Source: Podarcis erhardii
Lineage: Eukaryota
Length of the DNA: 64,000 nucleotides
NCBI GenBank assembly: GCA_964252035.1
Contig: OZ176205.1
Strand: one strand, 5' to 3'
The notes beneath the pieces are model-generated. The model was not told where the DNA came from. It searched no databases and saw only the letters and a program-made list of their open reading frames with translations. Numbering within the stretch: position 1 is the stretch's first letter; each line of letters opens with the position of its first letter. The position numbers were made by a program, and so were the translations under genes. This document shows, piece by piece, positions 14,246 to 26,978 of this stretch.

Positions 14246-16059
14246 CTGAAGTGTAAGGAGACAAAACCAAACCTCACCCCTGGCATGATCTCACTAGTTG
14301 GCTGTCCACAAGTCACTCTCTTCTGCTTCAGCCTCCATTTGCAATATGGAGAGGATAAGACTGACCTACCTTTAAGAGTTGTACAGATTGCAACACGATA
14401 ATAGATGTGATGTAGATGGTTTTGTTGAAATATGGCATCCTTTTATAAAATGTTTTATTGATAACCCTGAAGAATGGCAACTACCAAAATCACAGATTCA
14501 ACGTTGGCAAACTTAAATAAATTTATCCATCCAGGGTGGTGGGGGGGGGGAGTTGGGATTTTGTGTTTGCATTTGCCCCCCCCCCACACTTTTTTGTAAC
14601 TGTTATATATTGGAGACTATAAGACTATATTTTCAAAAAAGATAATGGCTGTGCAGCACACCCGGACATTCAAAATTCCTATATAGATGCTTGTTGTTGC
14701 TGCTTCTGCTGTTGTATTATTAATATAATGCAAAGGTGCCAAATACACATTGCAGGGAATGTTGATTTACAAACTCTCACATGTGGAAACATGGTTTGCT
14801 GATCTATGAAAGTGCACAGAAAGTGTCCTTCTGCCCTTGCACATGGGTGGTGCAAGGAGTTATTTTGGAGGTGTTATTCACAAAAACGTGTGCTTAAAAC
14901 AACAGTTTTAATGGAGTGGGAGACTGGTCAGAGAGACTGCTGTAGAACTCTCCATGGGCTGCAGAATACGAGGGCTCTGAAGCGAGCTTGCAGCTTCACA
15001 GAGGCAGCCTCGGTCTGTCTGAGGCTGCAGCTGGTCTGCAAGCATGGGGAAAGCATGAAGTGGGAGTTGCTGCACCACAGCCTCTGCAGTCAGGTGGCTG
15101 CAATAACTGCAGGGAGGAGATAAATGTACAGCTACGTCTCCCTCCCTGCCCTGCTCTGAGTAGCGGTGGTGTCCTGGGAGAGTCACAGCAGCTCCAATGA
15201 CCTAAGTCAAAGAGGATTGGCTCAGCTGCTCCTGCTCTGGGACTGCTGTAGGCATCTGGCAGGATGAAAGTGCTGCAGTGGAAGGTGGCTTAGTGACTCA
15301 GCACTTTTCTCTCTCTCTCTTGCGCTCTCTCTGTTTTCTCTCTGCTGCAGTATTAACTCTCTCTTTGCATGGGGCGGGATACCTGCCTGCTCATTTCTCC
15401 GATGACAGCTGGTGGACTGGCATGAAGTCTTAAGAGGACAGGACTGCATAGTGTTGGAAGCTCATGTTGCATTGAACTAGAGGCAGTCAGGACATCCTTA
15501 CTTTGCACTCGTGGGTCTCTGTTGCCTTTCACAGGGCACAGTGGCACAGAGAATAGCCAGGCACCTCTTAAGTCGTCATGCAAAGGGTGCCCAAACACCT
15601 TTCTTCCAGGGGAACTGCACTGCAAGCAAAATGTCCAGAATCTTGTTTTGTTTTTGTTGTTTTTGCAGCAGGAGAGATGCTTGCACCCATTGCTTTTGGA
15701 CGAGTTGCCCTTAACTGTTAATCTACCATTCATCAAGTATGCAACGTTATTGCTGAATGCCCCCATGCCACAAGTAAAAATTTGTGACATTAAAGAAAAA
15801 AAAAAGATAAGCAAGACTAGGATTGGGAGGGGAAAGGAGGAATGTAGTTGTGGTTATTGTGCTCAGGCTAGAGGTGTGGAAAGGGTTCTGGAAGTGGCAT
15901 GGAGGAGAGTTGGGTGGGGAAGGAAGGAAGGCAAACAGTGGGCCAAATTATTACAACTTGTAGTAAAGAAGCACATTGATTTTATGAGGTGGTTGTTCTG
16001 GAAGCTCATAAGGACAAGGGAAAAGCAGGATTGCATTTTGGGCTTGTTGTTTTTTTAGT

Positions 16060-16520
16060 TTAGGGGAAAGGTGATTAAGAGATGATATGAGACAAGTTTA
16101 TTTAAAAGTTGACATGGAGATAGTGGATAGAGAAAAGTTTTTTTTCCCTCCCTCTCTCTTAAAACTAGAACTTGTGGGCATCCAGTGAAGCTGACTGTTG
16201 AAAGATGAATGCTAAAAGAAAGTACTCGTTCATGCAGCGCATAGTTAAACTATGGAACTCACTGCCACAGGAAGCAGAGATGGCCACCAAATTGAATGGC
16301 TTTAAAAAGGGGTTTGGAGAAATTCATGGAGGATATGGCAATCAGTGGCTGGAGGCAGTAATGCTTCTGAATACCAGTTGGTGGGAGCTGCCGGAGGGCA
16401 GAGTGATCTTGTACTATGTTCTGCTTTGGGTTTGCCACAGGCACCTGGTTTGCCGCTATGAGAACAGGACTGGACTTAGGCCATTGGCCTGATCCAACAG
16501 GCACTTCTCATGTTCTTATG
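16060..16520 (+). mobile_element. CR1 LINE 3' end
   Basis: ORF 16205..16492 (RKYSFMQRIVKLWNSLPQEAEMATKLNGFKKG) matches the CR1 ORF2 C-terminus, followed by the squamate CR1 3'UTR ending GGCCTGATCCAACAGGCACTTCTCATGTTCTTATG. Confidence 0.85.
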
Positions 16521-18506
16521 ATGGAACTGGAATAGGTGGTTTAGTGATCCAAGTAGGTGCAAGGCATTTTTATGCATGTAGACAGAATATTGCACTGTTG
16601 CATTTTGAAGTAGGATCTCTGGAATTTTCAAGAAAGCTGAAGAGAGGTATGAGTCAATAGAATATCAGTCCCATGACTGAAACTGGGACATAAGTGTATC
16701 TGGTCTCAAGAAAGGTGTGTTGAGAATATGGGAAGGTGAACCACTCCTGCCTTTCTTTACATAAAAACCCTTTTTTTGTGCTACAATTTTAATTACCAGA
16801 ATGACCTGGGAGAAACACTTGCTTGAGTCAGAAACCCAAAGCATAAAGTGTGAGGCAACTAAGAGCTAAAAGCTTGTTCTGCTACAGGGATCATAGCAGG
16901 TCAAAAGCTAAACAAGGTGGAATGTGCTATGCTTCACTGAAGTTTTCGTTTGGTGAAATTCTAAGTTTATGTTCTGGCAAGTGCAACTTACAGCTTCTGT
17001 TCTTGTCAAGCGCTTTTGGCCTGAGAGCATTTTAAGGCCAACTGAAAATTTTAACAGATTTTTCTATCTCTGAGTGTCTTAACTTTCTTATCTCAGTGGT
17101 GGGGAACCTCCTCTACATGGGTCTTATTAGGCCAACCAGACCTCCCTGTTTGGCCTGTGAGCGGGGAGCAGGTAAAGATGTGGTTGGGCCTAATAGGGTG
17201 TTGTACCTGCAAAATTTCATGCACTGCTCTTGGCAAACCTCACAATCATTGAGGCTTCAAAGCACCCTGAACAACTCTATACAAGTCTTGATGATCAGCT
17301 GATTGCCAAGACTTCAAAGCATCAAACATGTCATACTGGTGCCTACGTGTTTTAATTTCAAACTGCATGGCTGAGTGAAAACAGATCACCTGATGTGGTG
17401 TCACCCTCCTGCCAAACTTGTCCTGCAGGGGGCAGGAGACATAAGGATCTGGCCTGACTGGATCCACTTCCCAACCCTGATCTATCTGCTTCGGAAAGTT
17501 CAGTGTAGCTTCACTTTTATAGGCTCCCCAACAGCCCTGCTGTTTGTGTTCCAACTTGTGCTGAAGATTCTGTTGGAAGAGGGTGATCTAGTTATGAGAG
17601 AAGTGTAATTCTTTAGCTTTTCAACTGAGGCTACCAGCAAGATGCCGCCTACTGCCCAATGTTATAATTCTAGGAACATGTCTGAAACATTTCATTACAA
17701 CATTGCACATTCTCAACCATAACTCTCTTCTAAATGTATCTGAATTCCCGTGTTGACTTGATATCCGTGGAACACGGCTACTAATTTAGATGCGGGTGAT
17801 TCCATTACTTGGGAATATAAATATGCAACCATTCCAGGCAGGGTAAATGTATGCAAAGCCAGTGGAGTTTGTGTGGATAAAGAGACCAGCATACAGATGG
17901 GATATTGGTTCAGGTGCAAAAGTGTCTTGTTTTTAAGGTTAGGACTGCAGGTTAGGGCTTAAAGTGGTCCTTAAAGACCCATTCGTTTAGAAGCAACTCT
18001 TCTTAGGAGATTATCATGTTGCTTGTTTGCTTTGGTGCTGAAATAGTTCTTAGCTATTTTTATTTATTTGAAAGTTGATCTCTGGACTCTATGGTACTTG
18101 CATCAATGCTGCTGTTTTCATTAGTATTCTTAGTGCCCCTTATGGTGTGTTAGGATTAGATTCAAACAAACATACAATGTTGGAAGGCTCTTTGTGAGGA
18201 TTTGGCCTTAAAGGCAGCCTAAAAAATATCATAAATAAGTGAGCACTATTCCCCATTTCTGTAGCAAGTATGTGTATTGAAAAACAGAACTGAGCAGGAG
18301 CAACAGCCAAGCATTCAAACATTTATTGCAAAGGGCATTTAAAACCTCCTATCATTTGGCTAAGAGACCTTTAGAGCTTACCAAGCCAAATGCAATCCAC
18401 CAGTCATGTTTTGTGGGCTGCAAGCACCAGGCATGCAGTAAAGCCACAGGGCTGTGCTTCAGTGGCCTGGTGGATTAAAGGTGGGCAGTCTTTTTTTTTT
18501 TTTTTT

Positions 18507-18682
18507 AAGAATGGCAAACTGCCACATGCAGCGCCTTACTTGGATGTGTCTGGAGTCTTGGAAGCTTGACTACCCTACGTTCTCCTACAAATGGACCTTG
18601 AGCTTGTTTGGAGGTTCTAGCAGGGGAGCGCAGCTATCGTATACCCTTGACCGAAGAACGGTACACTCCTTCTATCTGGGAT
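18507..18682 (-). pseudogene. RN7SK: 7SK snRNA retrocopy (3' ~176 nt visible, polyadenylated)
   Basis: The reverse complement reads ...TTCGGTCAAGGGTATACGATAGCTGCGCTCCCCTGCTAGAACCTCCAAACAAGCTCAAGGTCCATTTGTAGGAGAACGTAGGGTAGTCAAGCTTCCAAGACTCCAGACACATCCAAGTAAGGCGCTGCATGTGGCAGTTTGCCATTCTT + A16, which I recognise as the vertebrate 7SK 3' half. The 5' part runs into the gap. Confidence 0.92.
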
Positions 18683-18852
18683 NNNNNNNNNNNNNNNNNN
18701 NNNNNNNNNNNNNNNNNNNNNNNNNNNNNNNNNNNNNNNNNNNNNNNNNNNNNNNNNNNNNNNNNNNNNNNNNNNNNNNNNNNNNNNNNNNNNNNNNNNN
18801 NNNNNNNNNNNNNNNNNNNNNNNNNNNNNNNNNNNNNNNNNNNNNNNNNNNN
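18683..18852. other. Assembly gap (170 N)
   Basis: Run of N. Confidence 0.99.
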
Positions 18853-20343
18853 TTTAAGATATTAACAGATGCGAAAGAAAGAGGGGGCTTTGCCCTGCCA
18901 GACTTAAAGTTGTACTATGAAGCCGCAGCTTTTTGCTGGCTAAAAGACTGGCTACTTCTCGAAGACACTGACGTGCTGGACTTGGAAGGTTTTAACAATG
19001 CTTTTGGTTGGCATGCATACTTATGGTATGATAAAGTTAAGATCAATAAGGCCTTTAAGAACCATATTGTCAGGAAAGCAGTGCTTAATGTCTGGACAAA
19101 ATATAAAGACTTACTGGAAAATAAAACTCCAAGGTGGCTCTCACCTCTGGAGGCTAAGGCCCTAAAAAGACCCAATATGGAGGCCAAATGGCCAAAATAT
19201 TGGGAAATATTAGAAAAAGATGGAGACAATTGGAAATTGCAGAGTTTGGAGAAAATGAAGGATAAGGTGCGAGACTGGTTACATTATGCTCAGATTAAAG
19301 AAGTTTTTAAAAATGATAAAAAGTTAGGGTTCCAGGTGGAGAAATCGAAGTTAGAAACTGAATTGTTAGAACCAAAGACTAAGGTACTATCTAGAATGTA
19401 TAACTTGCTGTTAAAATGGAATACACAAGACGAAATGGTTAAATCGGTTATGATAAAATGGGCACAGGACATTGGGCATAACATTATGTTTGAGGACTGG
19501 GAAAGGTTGTGGACCACTGGGCTGAACTTCACCGCATGTAATGCTCTGAAGGAAAATGTTATGAAAATGATATATAGATGGTACATGACCCCAGTTAAAC
19601 TTGCTAAAATATACCATTCGTCTGATAATAAATGTTGGAAATGTAAAGAAAATGAAGGAACATTCTTTCACCTCTGGTGGACATGCCCTAAGGTGAAGGT
19701 CTTCTGGGAAATGATATATAATGAACTGAAAAAGGTATTTAAGTATACCTTCACAAAGAAACCAGAGGCCTTCCTCCTGGGTATTGTCGGCCAGAAGGTG
19801 TTAAAGAAGGATCGAACATTTTTCATGTATGCAACAACGGCAGCAAGGATTCTTATCGCAAAAAACTGGAAAACTCAAGATCTACCCACACTGGAAGAGT
19901 GGCAGATGCAGCTGATGGACTATATGCAACTGGCCGAGATGACCGGCAGAATCCGTGATCTGGGAGAAGAGAAGATGGAGGAAGACTGGGAGAAATTCAA
20001 AATGTATTTACAAAAACATTGTAATTTGGTTGAATCTTAAGAAGGATGCTGGATTATAAAAAACTGCTCACCACTAAATTAGATTTAAATTTGATGATAA
20101 GTGAGACTAAAGAAAATATAAAAAATTTTTTGGAAGAAGTGCTAGATTATATTTGAATGAATGGACATGAGATTGAAAACAAGTTGATAATTTGTGTGGA
20201 AAAACTTTTAACGATGTAAATGGGAGCGGGAGACGTGAGGGAGTCCAAAGAAGTGATGAAATTGTTATGACAGAAATAAGATTGTTTATTATGTGTGCAT
20301 TTATATTTAAAAACCTTAATAAATATTTATAAAAAAAAAAAAA
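18853..20343 (+). mobile_element. L1-clade LINE 3' portion: ORF2 C-terminus (18853-20040), 3'UTR, AATAAA, poly(A)
   Basis: 395 uninterrupted codons beginning FKILTDAKERGGFALPDLKLYYEAA and containing the CCHC knuckle CWKCKENEGTFFHLWWTC. AATAAA near 20318 and an A-tail at 20331-20343. Confidence 0.92.
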
Positions 20344-23325
20344 TAAAGGTGGGCAGTCTTGCCTTTCTGGTGGTCATTTTATGACTGGATGGAGGCCTGC
20401 AGGCAGCCCTTGGCCTCTGCAAGTGATCAGTTTAGATCTCCGGTGAGAGCATCTGTGGTCTGTCTCAGGGCAGGCGGAGATAGAGAGGTGGGGCAGGGCT
20501 GAAAGACCGTACAAGTTTGATATGTGCATGCAGGAACTGAGTTGGGAGAAGTAGACAACGCTGCTACTTTAGTAGGGAGACATAGGCATCTTATGGGTGT
20601 GTTTAGAGACAGCAACTCTGCGAACATGAACATGAAGATTGTGTGTTGGATTTGCAGTAGATGCACCTTTACTTCCTTTCCAAACAAACATGCTACGTGC
20701 CTCAAAAATCACTCCCCCCCCCTTTGAACTTCACAATCTAGACAGAGGTGACTTTGCTTACAAAGAACCCCAGTTTACCTTATTGTGATGCTCCATGGGC
20801 CTTTATTCTGAATTTGGTCCCCATTCCCCCCCCCCAGGCTCTCCATTAAATAAATGGCTATGCCACCATGATTCTGTTTTATGGTCCCAGAACTTGAACA
20901 TGCCTTAGACTGTGTATATTCCAACACTAAGTGTGTGCTATGATGGTTCTTTTTTCCTTTCCCATAAGGGAAACTGAACTTGTAGGTGTCAAGAGCTGGG
21001 GCATTCTTGGCTTGCTTAGGAGCCCTGTTGATTTGCATTCCCTGTATTAGAGTTTACTAGGCACAGTGGTCTGTAGAGATCGTGCTACCTTTGCATGCAC
21101 ACTGGGCCCTAATCTATTTATTTACTTATTTAGATATTTATATCAGGGTGGTGTAATAAATTAGGAATAAATTAGGAAAACATTAAAAGCAGTTGATACA
21201 AATGGACCTTTTGGGTTTCCTTTTCCTTGTTTGTTTACATAACACAGAAGTGATGGATCAAAATTACATGAGTGCCGTTTAAAAATAGTTTCCTAGGAGT
21301 GATGTAGGAACTACTGCAGAAGTGGTGGCTACCATGTGGCTCCACAGCATCTGTAGAGGGTATCTTGGTGTAGATTATTACATCTTCTGAAGGTAGCATC
21401 AAGAAAGTGGGAGGCAGTAATTCTTAGTTCAAGGGCAAGCAGTAGTCAGTGTGCCTTTTTGGTGGAGGAGAGATGTGGGGAGATACGATTTGCAGTTGGA
21501 GTAGGATATGAATGACCCAGTGGTTTGACTTAACATGCTTACTATTAATATTATTATTAATTACCCACCCTTCACCATAAGTCCAGGGTGGAACACAACA
21601 ATTTAAAATACAAAATATATGTTTGGCCATAATATTACTAGTCCAACAAACTGTGGTCTTTTGGTGCATGAATGAGCACCAAATTTCAGGGTTCCCCATT
21701 TCCCTCCTTTGTCTCTGCTCCTCTCTCACACACATCTTCAGAAAATACTTCCTCATTTGTTAAATCAGAGTTTTCCCCTTGACATCTGTACCAGTTTCCT
21801 TAAGTGCACTCCACAAACCAGCACCAGCTGACTTAAGTGCACTTTACAAACCACATTTGTAAACCACAATCTGAAACTGTACAATCCCATGGGGTTCAGG
21901 GAGAGTGTGAGGAAATCTTTTAATGGGGTCTGCCCTAATACCATGAAGCAGCAAGAATCAGGAAAACTTCAGGGACTATTTATTTGTGAACAACAGAGCA
22001 ACAACTCAGTATGGCAGCTGGGACTTGCTACACAGGACAGCTTATGGTTCCCACTGAGCTGTGGAGGAAGCCAGAGCGCGGTGTTTCTTAAAGAGACAGG
22101 CCACACACACTACAGAAACTTGCTTGCGCTTGTTGCTTGTTCCTTCTCTAACAATCCATAGTTTGTTGCACCAAGAACATAAAGCAAACCAAATAATCCG
22201 AGATACCTTAAAAACGAACAGACTTATTTTGGCATAAGCCTTCATGGACCAGTGCATGCTTGATTTAGATACATGAAGTGTTGTCTGCATGGACGTGTGT
22301 TTATGCATTTGACAAAATGAGCCCTAGGTCATGAAACTTTATCCTGCAATGAATTTGTTAACAAGATCAGATTGTAAGTTATCTCTTGGTAAAGGAGACC
22401 AACCAAATAATATATAAGTGTTGGTGATTGCCCTAGTTATTTCCCTATATTGCTGTCATTTCTTACCAGTTTATAAGATTGTGGGCCAGGAGTGCCATTA
22501 CAAACATGCTTCATGGAACAGAAGTTCCTGGTAAGAACACTGCATCTTACTTGTCTGTAAGGCCATTTTGGAACACTCAGAATGGGTATAAATTTATACG
22601 TGGAAGGTTTCCTATGCAAGCCCCATTAAAATTAATGTATTTGTATTTTTCATGGGTCCTCTCTCCTTCTTTGGGGCTCTCTCAGAATTCATTTATAGTG
22701 AATGGAACCCTGTGCTGCGTATGACATGATCACTTTCCTTCAACCTTATCGGGGCTTATAAAGAGTGCCTTGATAAAAACAACTTAAAAGAAGAAGGGAA
22801 AAGGAGAGCCGTGCATGGAGAATGAGACTGAACTAATTCTTGTTTGAAGACAATGCTATTCATAAAAATGAGAGACAGTTGAGCTTTCATAATCGAAAAA
22901 GAGAGTTGTCTTCTAATTTTATTTTCATACACTGAATTAGCACTATGCCCAATTGACAGTGTTTGTAGTGTGCCTGCCAATTAAGTTTCTATGTTCGTCC
23001 AGCTATACAGATTTCTATATCAACATGAATTGTATTTCCAAGTGTGATCTCATGAGACACCGTAAACAGATACTCTGCAGGAAGTCCACAAAAGAATATC
23101 TTCCCTGACGCTCATTCTGCAATTTGGTAACAAAGGGAAGGAGTATGTCAAACATAATTTGCTTGTTTGCTTGCCAAGGGCTGTGCACTCCTTGCATGTG
23201 CGTCTTGGATTTTTACCTAGCAATTTGTTTCCACTCACTCTCTGATATGTAGTCTGGCACTGAAGTTACTGGAGTCGACTCCGGTTGGTAACCGAGATGA
23301 CTGTTCTGCCCCACTCATTCAAACA

Positions 23326-23463
23326 NNNNNNNNNNNNNNNNNNNNNNNNNNNNNNNNNNNNNNNNNNNNNNNNNNNNNNNNNNNNNNNNNNNNNNNNNNN
23401 NNNNNNNNNNNNNNNNNNNNNNNNNNNNNNNNNNNNNNNNNNNNNNNNNNNNNNNNNNNNNNN
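23326..23463. other. Assembly gap (138 N)
   Basis: Run of N. Confidence 0.99.
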
Positions 23464-24239
23464 TAAAAATTTTGCATTTCAAGAAATAAATTATCACTCA
23501 AATACATAATATATATTTAATAAATGTATTGCTTTTATTCATACCCTGCTTCAATTTAGACACTTACAGTTTAATCATCTTTATATCTTATGACATCTTA
23601 TATCTTAAGACATTCTCACAGAAACATGAAGTCAAATCTCTTGAAGTCAAATTGTCTTTCAGTATTATTCACTACAGAACCCCAACCGACATATACACGA
23701 CAGCACATTTTTTGAAAAGATCTTTGCAAGGAACCCCAACATTTTAATATGCATGATCTGCTCTTCAAACCAGTTTGTGCTGTGCCCCACCAAAACATAA
23801 ATCCATACTCACGTCTGTATTTCTGATTCCACAGGTCAGTCTGATAAATCAAAAAGGAGGAGGGAGAGTGGGCCTCACTGTCAATTACCCGTTAGTAGCA
23901 AGTGTTATGAGCACATGCCATTTATTATACATGGAAACAGTCATGTGGATTATGGAGGAAACCAAGGCTTGAAGCAGTGGCTTGCATAAATTTCCAATTC
24001 TGTTGCTTACCCTGGTGACAAATTTCCTGCCAGTTCTTAATTTTCTTGATAAAGGGGCAACCAGGTTTAAAAAGGAGTCTTATGTTGTCTGAACCTTGGT
24101 GCTTGTGCAGAGTGCATGGGATGGGGTGTAACCTGTTGTAGGCATTTGGCTAGGACTGCTGTCAATCTTCATTTGTCAAAGAAGTAAGCTAATAATTAAC
24201 ACATGACAGTGGATCCTTCACAGCTTTATGAAGCATCAA

Positions 24240-24490
24240 GACGAGTCACAAACCAGTTGGAGCTGAAAAAAGGCACTTTAAGCCATCCAAGTCACCTGAG
24301 CCTCCAACTGACAGTGTCAAATCCAGTAGCTACCCCCAGGCTGTGGACCAGCTCCTTCCAGGGGAGTGCTATTCTCTCCAGGACAGGCCATCTCCCCACC
24401 TCCCAGACTTGAGAGTTTGGGATGTATGACACCTCTGTCTTTGCAGGATTCAGCTTCAGTTTATTGGCCCACACCCAGCCCATCACTGCT
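24240..24490 (-). mobile_element. L2-clade LINE RT fragment
   Basis: The minus-strand ORF MMGWVWANKLKLNPAKTEV...LPWKELVHSLGV matches the late RT motifs WxxxNxLxLNxxKTE and LGV. Confidence 0.75.
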
Positions 24491-25107
24491 TATTTATAAC
24501 ATTTGCGTGGGAATCACTTCTTCCTTCCTTCTGTGCCAGCCATATTTCAACATCTTTCAAAGAGCTTATTTGAACCACCAAGGGCTGCAGCATGTCCGTG
24601 GGTCCCCCCCCCCGAATTGTTTTTAGATCTGCTGCTTTTAAATCTGCTGCCAAGAGTGGAAGGAATTCCTCTTCTAAGATAGAGGGGAAAGGGGGACACA
24701 CCTTGCTGTTTATAAGGCCCTGGTGTGGATGAAGACTTAGGCCTTTTAGGATCTGCAGAGTCACAGCTCATTAGCAGCACCAGTGAGGTTGTAAATGCCT
24801 TCACTAGGGTTCAGAAGGATTTAGGAGGTCTCTCCATTAGGCACTGTGACACACTGCTTGAAGCATAGCTAAGGTAGGGAGTTCATCAAGGCTTGTCTGG
24901 TCCAGTAGTCATCTTGTTAGGAAGTCTTGCTGGCCATCTCTTTTTCTTAAGCAGATTGCTAGTTATTACTAGCTCAGAATGGTTACTGTATTCTTAATGG
25001 GAGCCCAAATTAGTGGGAGGCTGTGGTTTTGAAAGAGAGACAGAGAGTGACAACCAGAGAAGTTTGAGTAGAAGACTGAAAGGATATTGGGGTGGTCTCA
25101 TGTAGGG

Positions 25108-25468
25108 GGACATGGGTGGTGCCGTGGTCTAAACCACAGAGCCTAGGGCTTGCCGATCAGAAGATTGGCGGTTCGAATCCCTGTGACGGGGTGAGCTCCC
25201 GTTGTTCAGTCCCAGATCCTGCCCACCTAGCAGTTCAAAAGCATGTCAAGTGCAAGTAGATAAATAGGTACCACTCCGGTGGGAAGGTAAACAGCGTTTC
25301 CGTGCGCTGCTCTGGTTCTCCAGAAGCAGCTTAGTCATGCTGGCCATATGACCCGGAAGCTGTCTGTGGACAAACGCCGGCTCCCTCGGCCTCTAGAGCA
25401 AGATGAGCGCCGCAACCCCAGAGTCGTCCACAACTGGACCTAATGGTCAGGGGTACCTTTACCTTTTA
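25108..25468 (+). mobile_element. Sauria SINE, full length
   Basis: tRNA-like head (GGTTCGAATCC B-box), core GTAGATAAATAGGTACC and 3' tail CCTTTACCTTT. TSD CATGTAGGG at 25099-25107 and 25469-25477. Confidence 0.92.
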
Positions 25469-26978
25469 CATGTAGGGTAGCAGAACTGTTGCATGCTAAG
25501 AACGCTTGTGCTGTTTTCCTCCACCTGTGCTCTACTTGTATGTCTGCAAATGAACCAAAACATACAAAAACACCATAGATTTCTCTTCTCCAAAGGAAGT
25601 CAGACCCTAATGAATGCTGCCCTTGGAATTCTCACTGCTCAAGAAGTGGGAAGCCTGCACACTGCAGAAATCCATAGATTGGATCATCCCAAAGCTATAA
25701 TACTTGTGAAGGATTGTTTGTTCTATTTGTTTGTTTAGCATTTTTAATCTTCTGTTTCAGACCTGTGTTTAATTCTGTGGGATGTGGAGAAGAACTTGAC
25801 ATTTGCTTTTTAAATGAAACCAACAGCAGTGCCAATAAGGTTAATTTTTCTCCAAAGCTTCCCCCTGACACAAACTAAGGATATAAACATCCTAGACTGT
25901 GGTGCTACTGATCCATCTTTCAAACTTACTTATTTCTTCATTGAGGGAGATTTGGGGAAGTTCAGTATCTTGGCAATTTTTAAATGGCCCATTTTATTTC
26001 TCCCCCAAGTTATTAATGGTTTTGCTGTCCTTTTCTTCTGAGGCAAATACATAAAAGCCCTTCTCATTTCTCTTTAACTGCAACGACAGGCACTGTTAAT
26101 TCATTCACCATGCTTGCTGCACTTATCTATTCCTTACAACCCTCTGACACTGCACTTTCCTCCTGAGTGCCCTACATTTTTTTGCAATTTTGAATTTAGC
26201 TAGTTGGAGAACACTTGCAGGAATTTGGACTTGCTGCTGTTTCTAGGCAGAGTTCAGTGGCTGCAGAGGTATGTAGAAAGCCACATGCAGCTAATGCAAC
26301 CATTTCTATTTTTTAATGGTTGAAAAAGGTCAGACATCTGTGGTGATCCTTGGGGAGGTGGAGACAGGATCCAGAATCTGAAGCACAGCAATACCTTGAT
26401 TAGAACCAACCAAAAAGTGACAAAAGAGCAAACTCTCCATCAGGGTGGATGTTAAGCAAACCATGGAGTAGGGAACAAACCGTAGAAGATTTTACGATCT
26501 CCAGTCGTAAATCATGGGGGTGGTCCAGCATGTTTCCTTACATGTGTGCTAGTTAGCAGAGTAGCAATTGCACAGCATCATGTCGAAGGATCAAGTTGTG
26601 CATAGACGATGGCAATAAATCACTCATGGAAGCAATCTACAAAAATGCAAACGCAACATGCTGGCTAATAACTGTTAGTAAATATATAATTGGTATGATG
26701 TCATTCAAAATATACTAATAAGTCACTTCAGCGTTCCTCGTTATTCATTGGTTGTTTGAATCTTTGCTTGACTCTGATACATATAACAAGTTGCAGTTAA
26801 TTTTGTGAGATGTGGTATATGATGTATATTATTTTGAAGTCACTTTGTTTCGTCTACAGCAGCCTATAATCTTGCACTATGATGCTTCGAGAATCTTCAA
26901 GAATCTTCTCTCAGTTTCTGGAAATGAATGACTCTCACACACTTATTATAATGCAAACTGGCATGCTGTTAAGGCTAC

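Larger units (their letters stand above)
18476..20360. mobile_element. Composite retro-insertion (antisense 7SK + sense L1) bounded by target-site duplication
   Basis: TAAAGGTGGGCAGTC(TT) at 18476-18492 and again at 20344-20360. T16 follows the left copy and A13 precedes the right copy. The junction lies inside an N gap. Confidence 0.75.

Noticed and set aside
15522-16058. 178-aa ORF
   Set aside because: No recognisable domain, low-complexity composition and no splice context.
18507-18682. Functional 7SK gene
   Set aside because: It has a poly(A) tail and TSD and is fused to L1, which are retrocopy hallmarks. No upstream Pol III promoter is visible.
18454-20040. 528-aa ORF in the track
   Set aside because: Artefact of reading through the target site, poly(T), antisense 7SK and Ns. 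Only 18853-20040 is real L1 ORF2.
20347-20368. Target site GGTGGGCAGTCTTGCCTTTCT resembles the sense 3' end of 7SK
   Set aside because: Same strand sense as the RNA, so it cannot prime by pairing. Treated as coincidence unless seen at other 7SK insertions.
21799-21853. Short direct repeat CTTAAGTGCACT..ACAAACCA x2
   Set aside because: Most likely an ordinary slippage duplication. The 11-nt spacer is not a recognisable RNA.
23268-23285. Palindrome GGAGTCGACTCC next to the gap
   Set aside because: Only 12 bp, with no context suggesting function.
25108-25200. tRNA gene (A/B boxes)
   Set aside because: It is the tRNA-derived head of a Sauria SINE, with no cloverleaf. The same applies to the SINE heads at 36690, 44558 and 51414.
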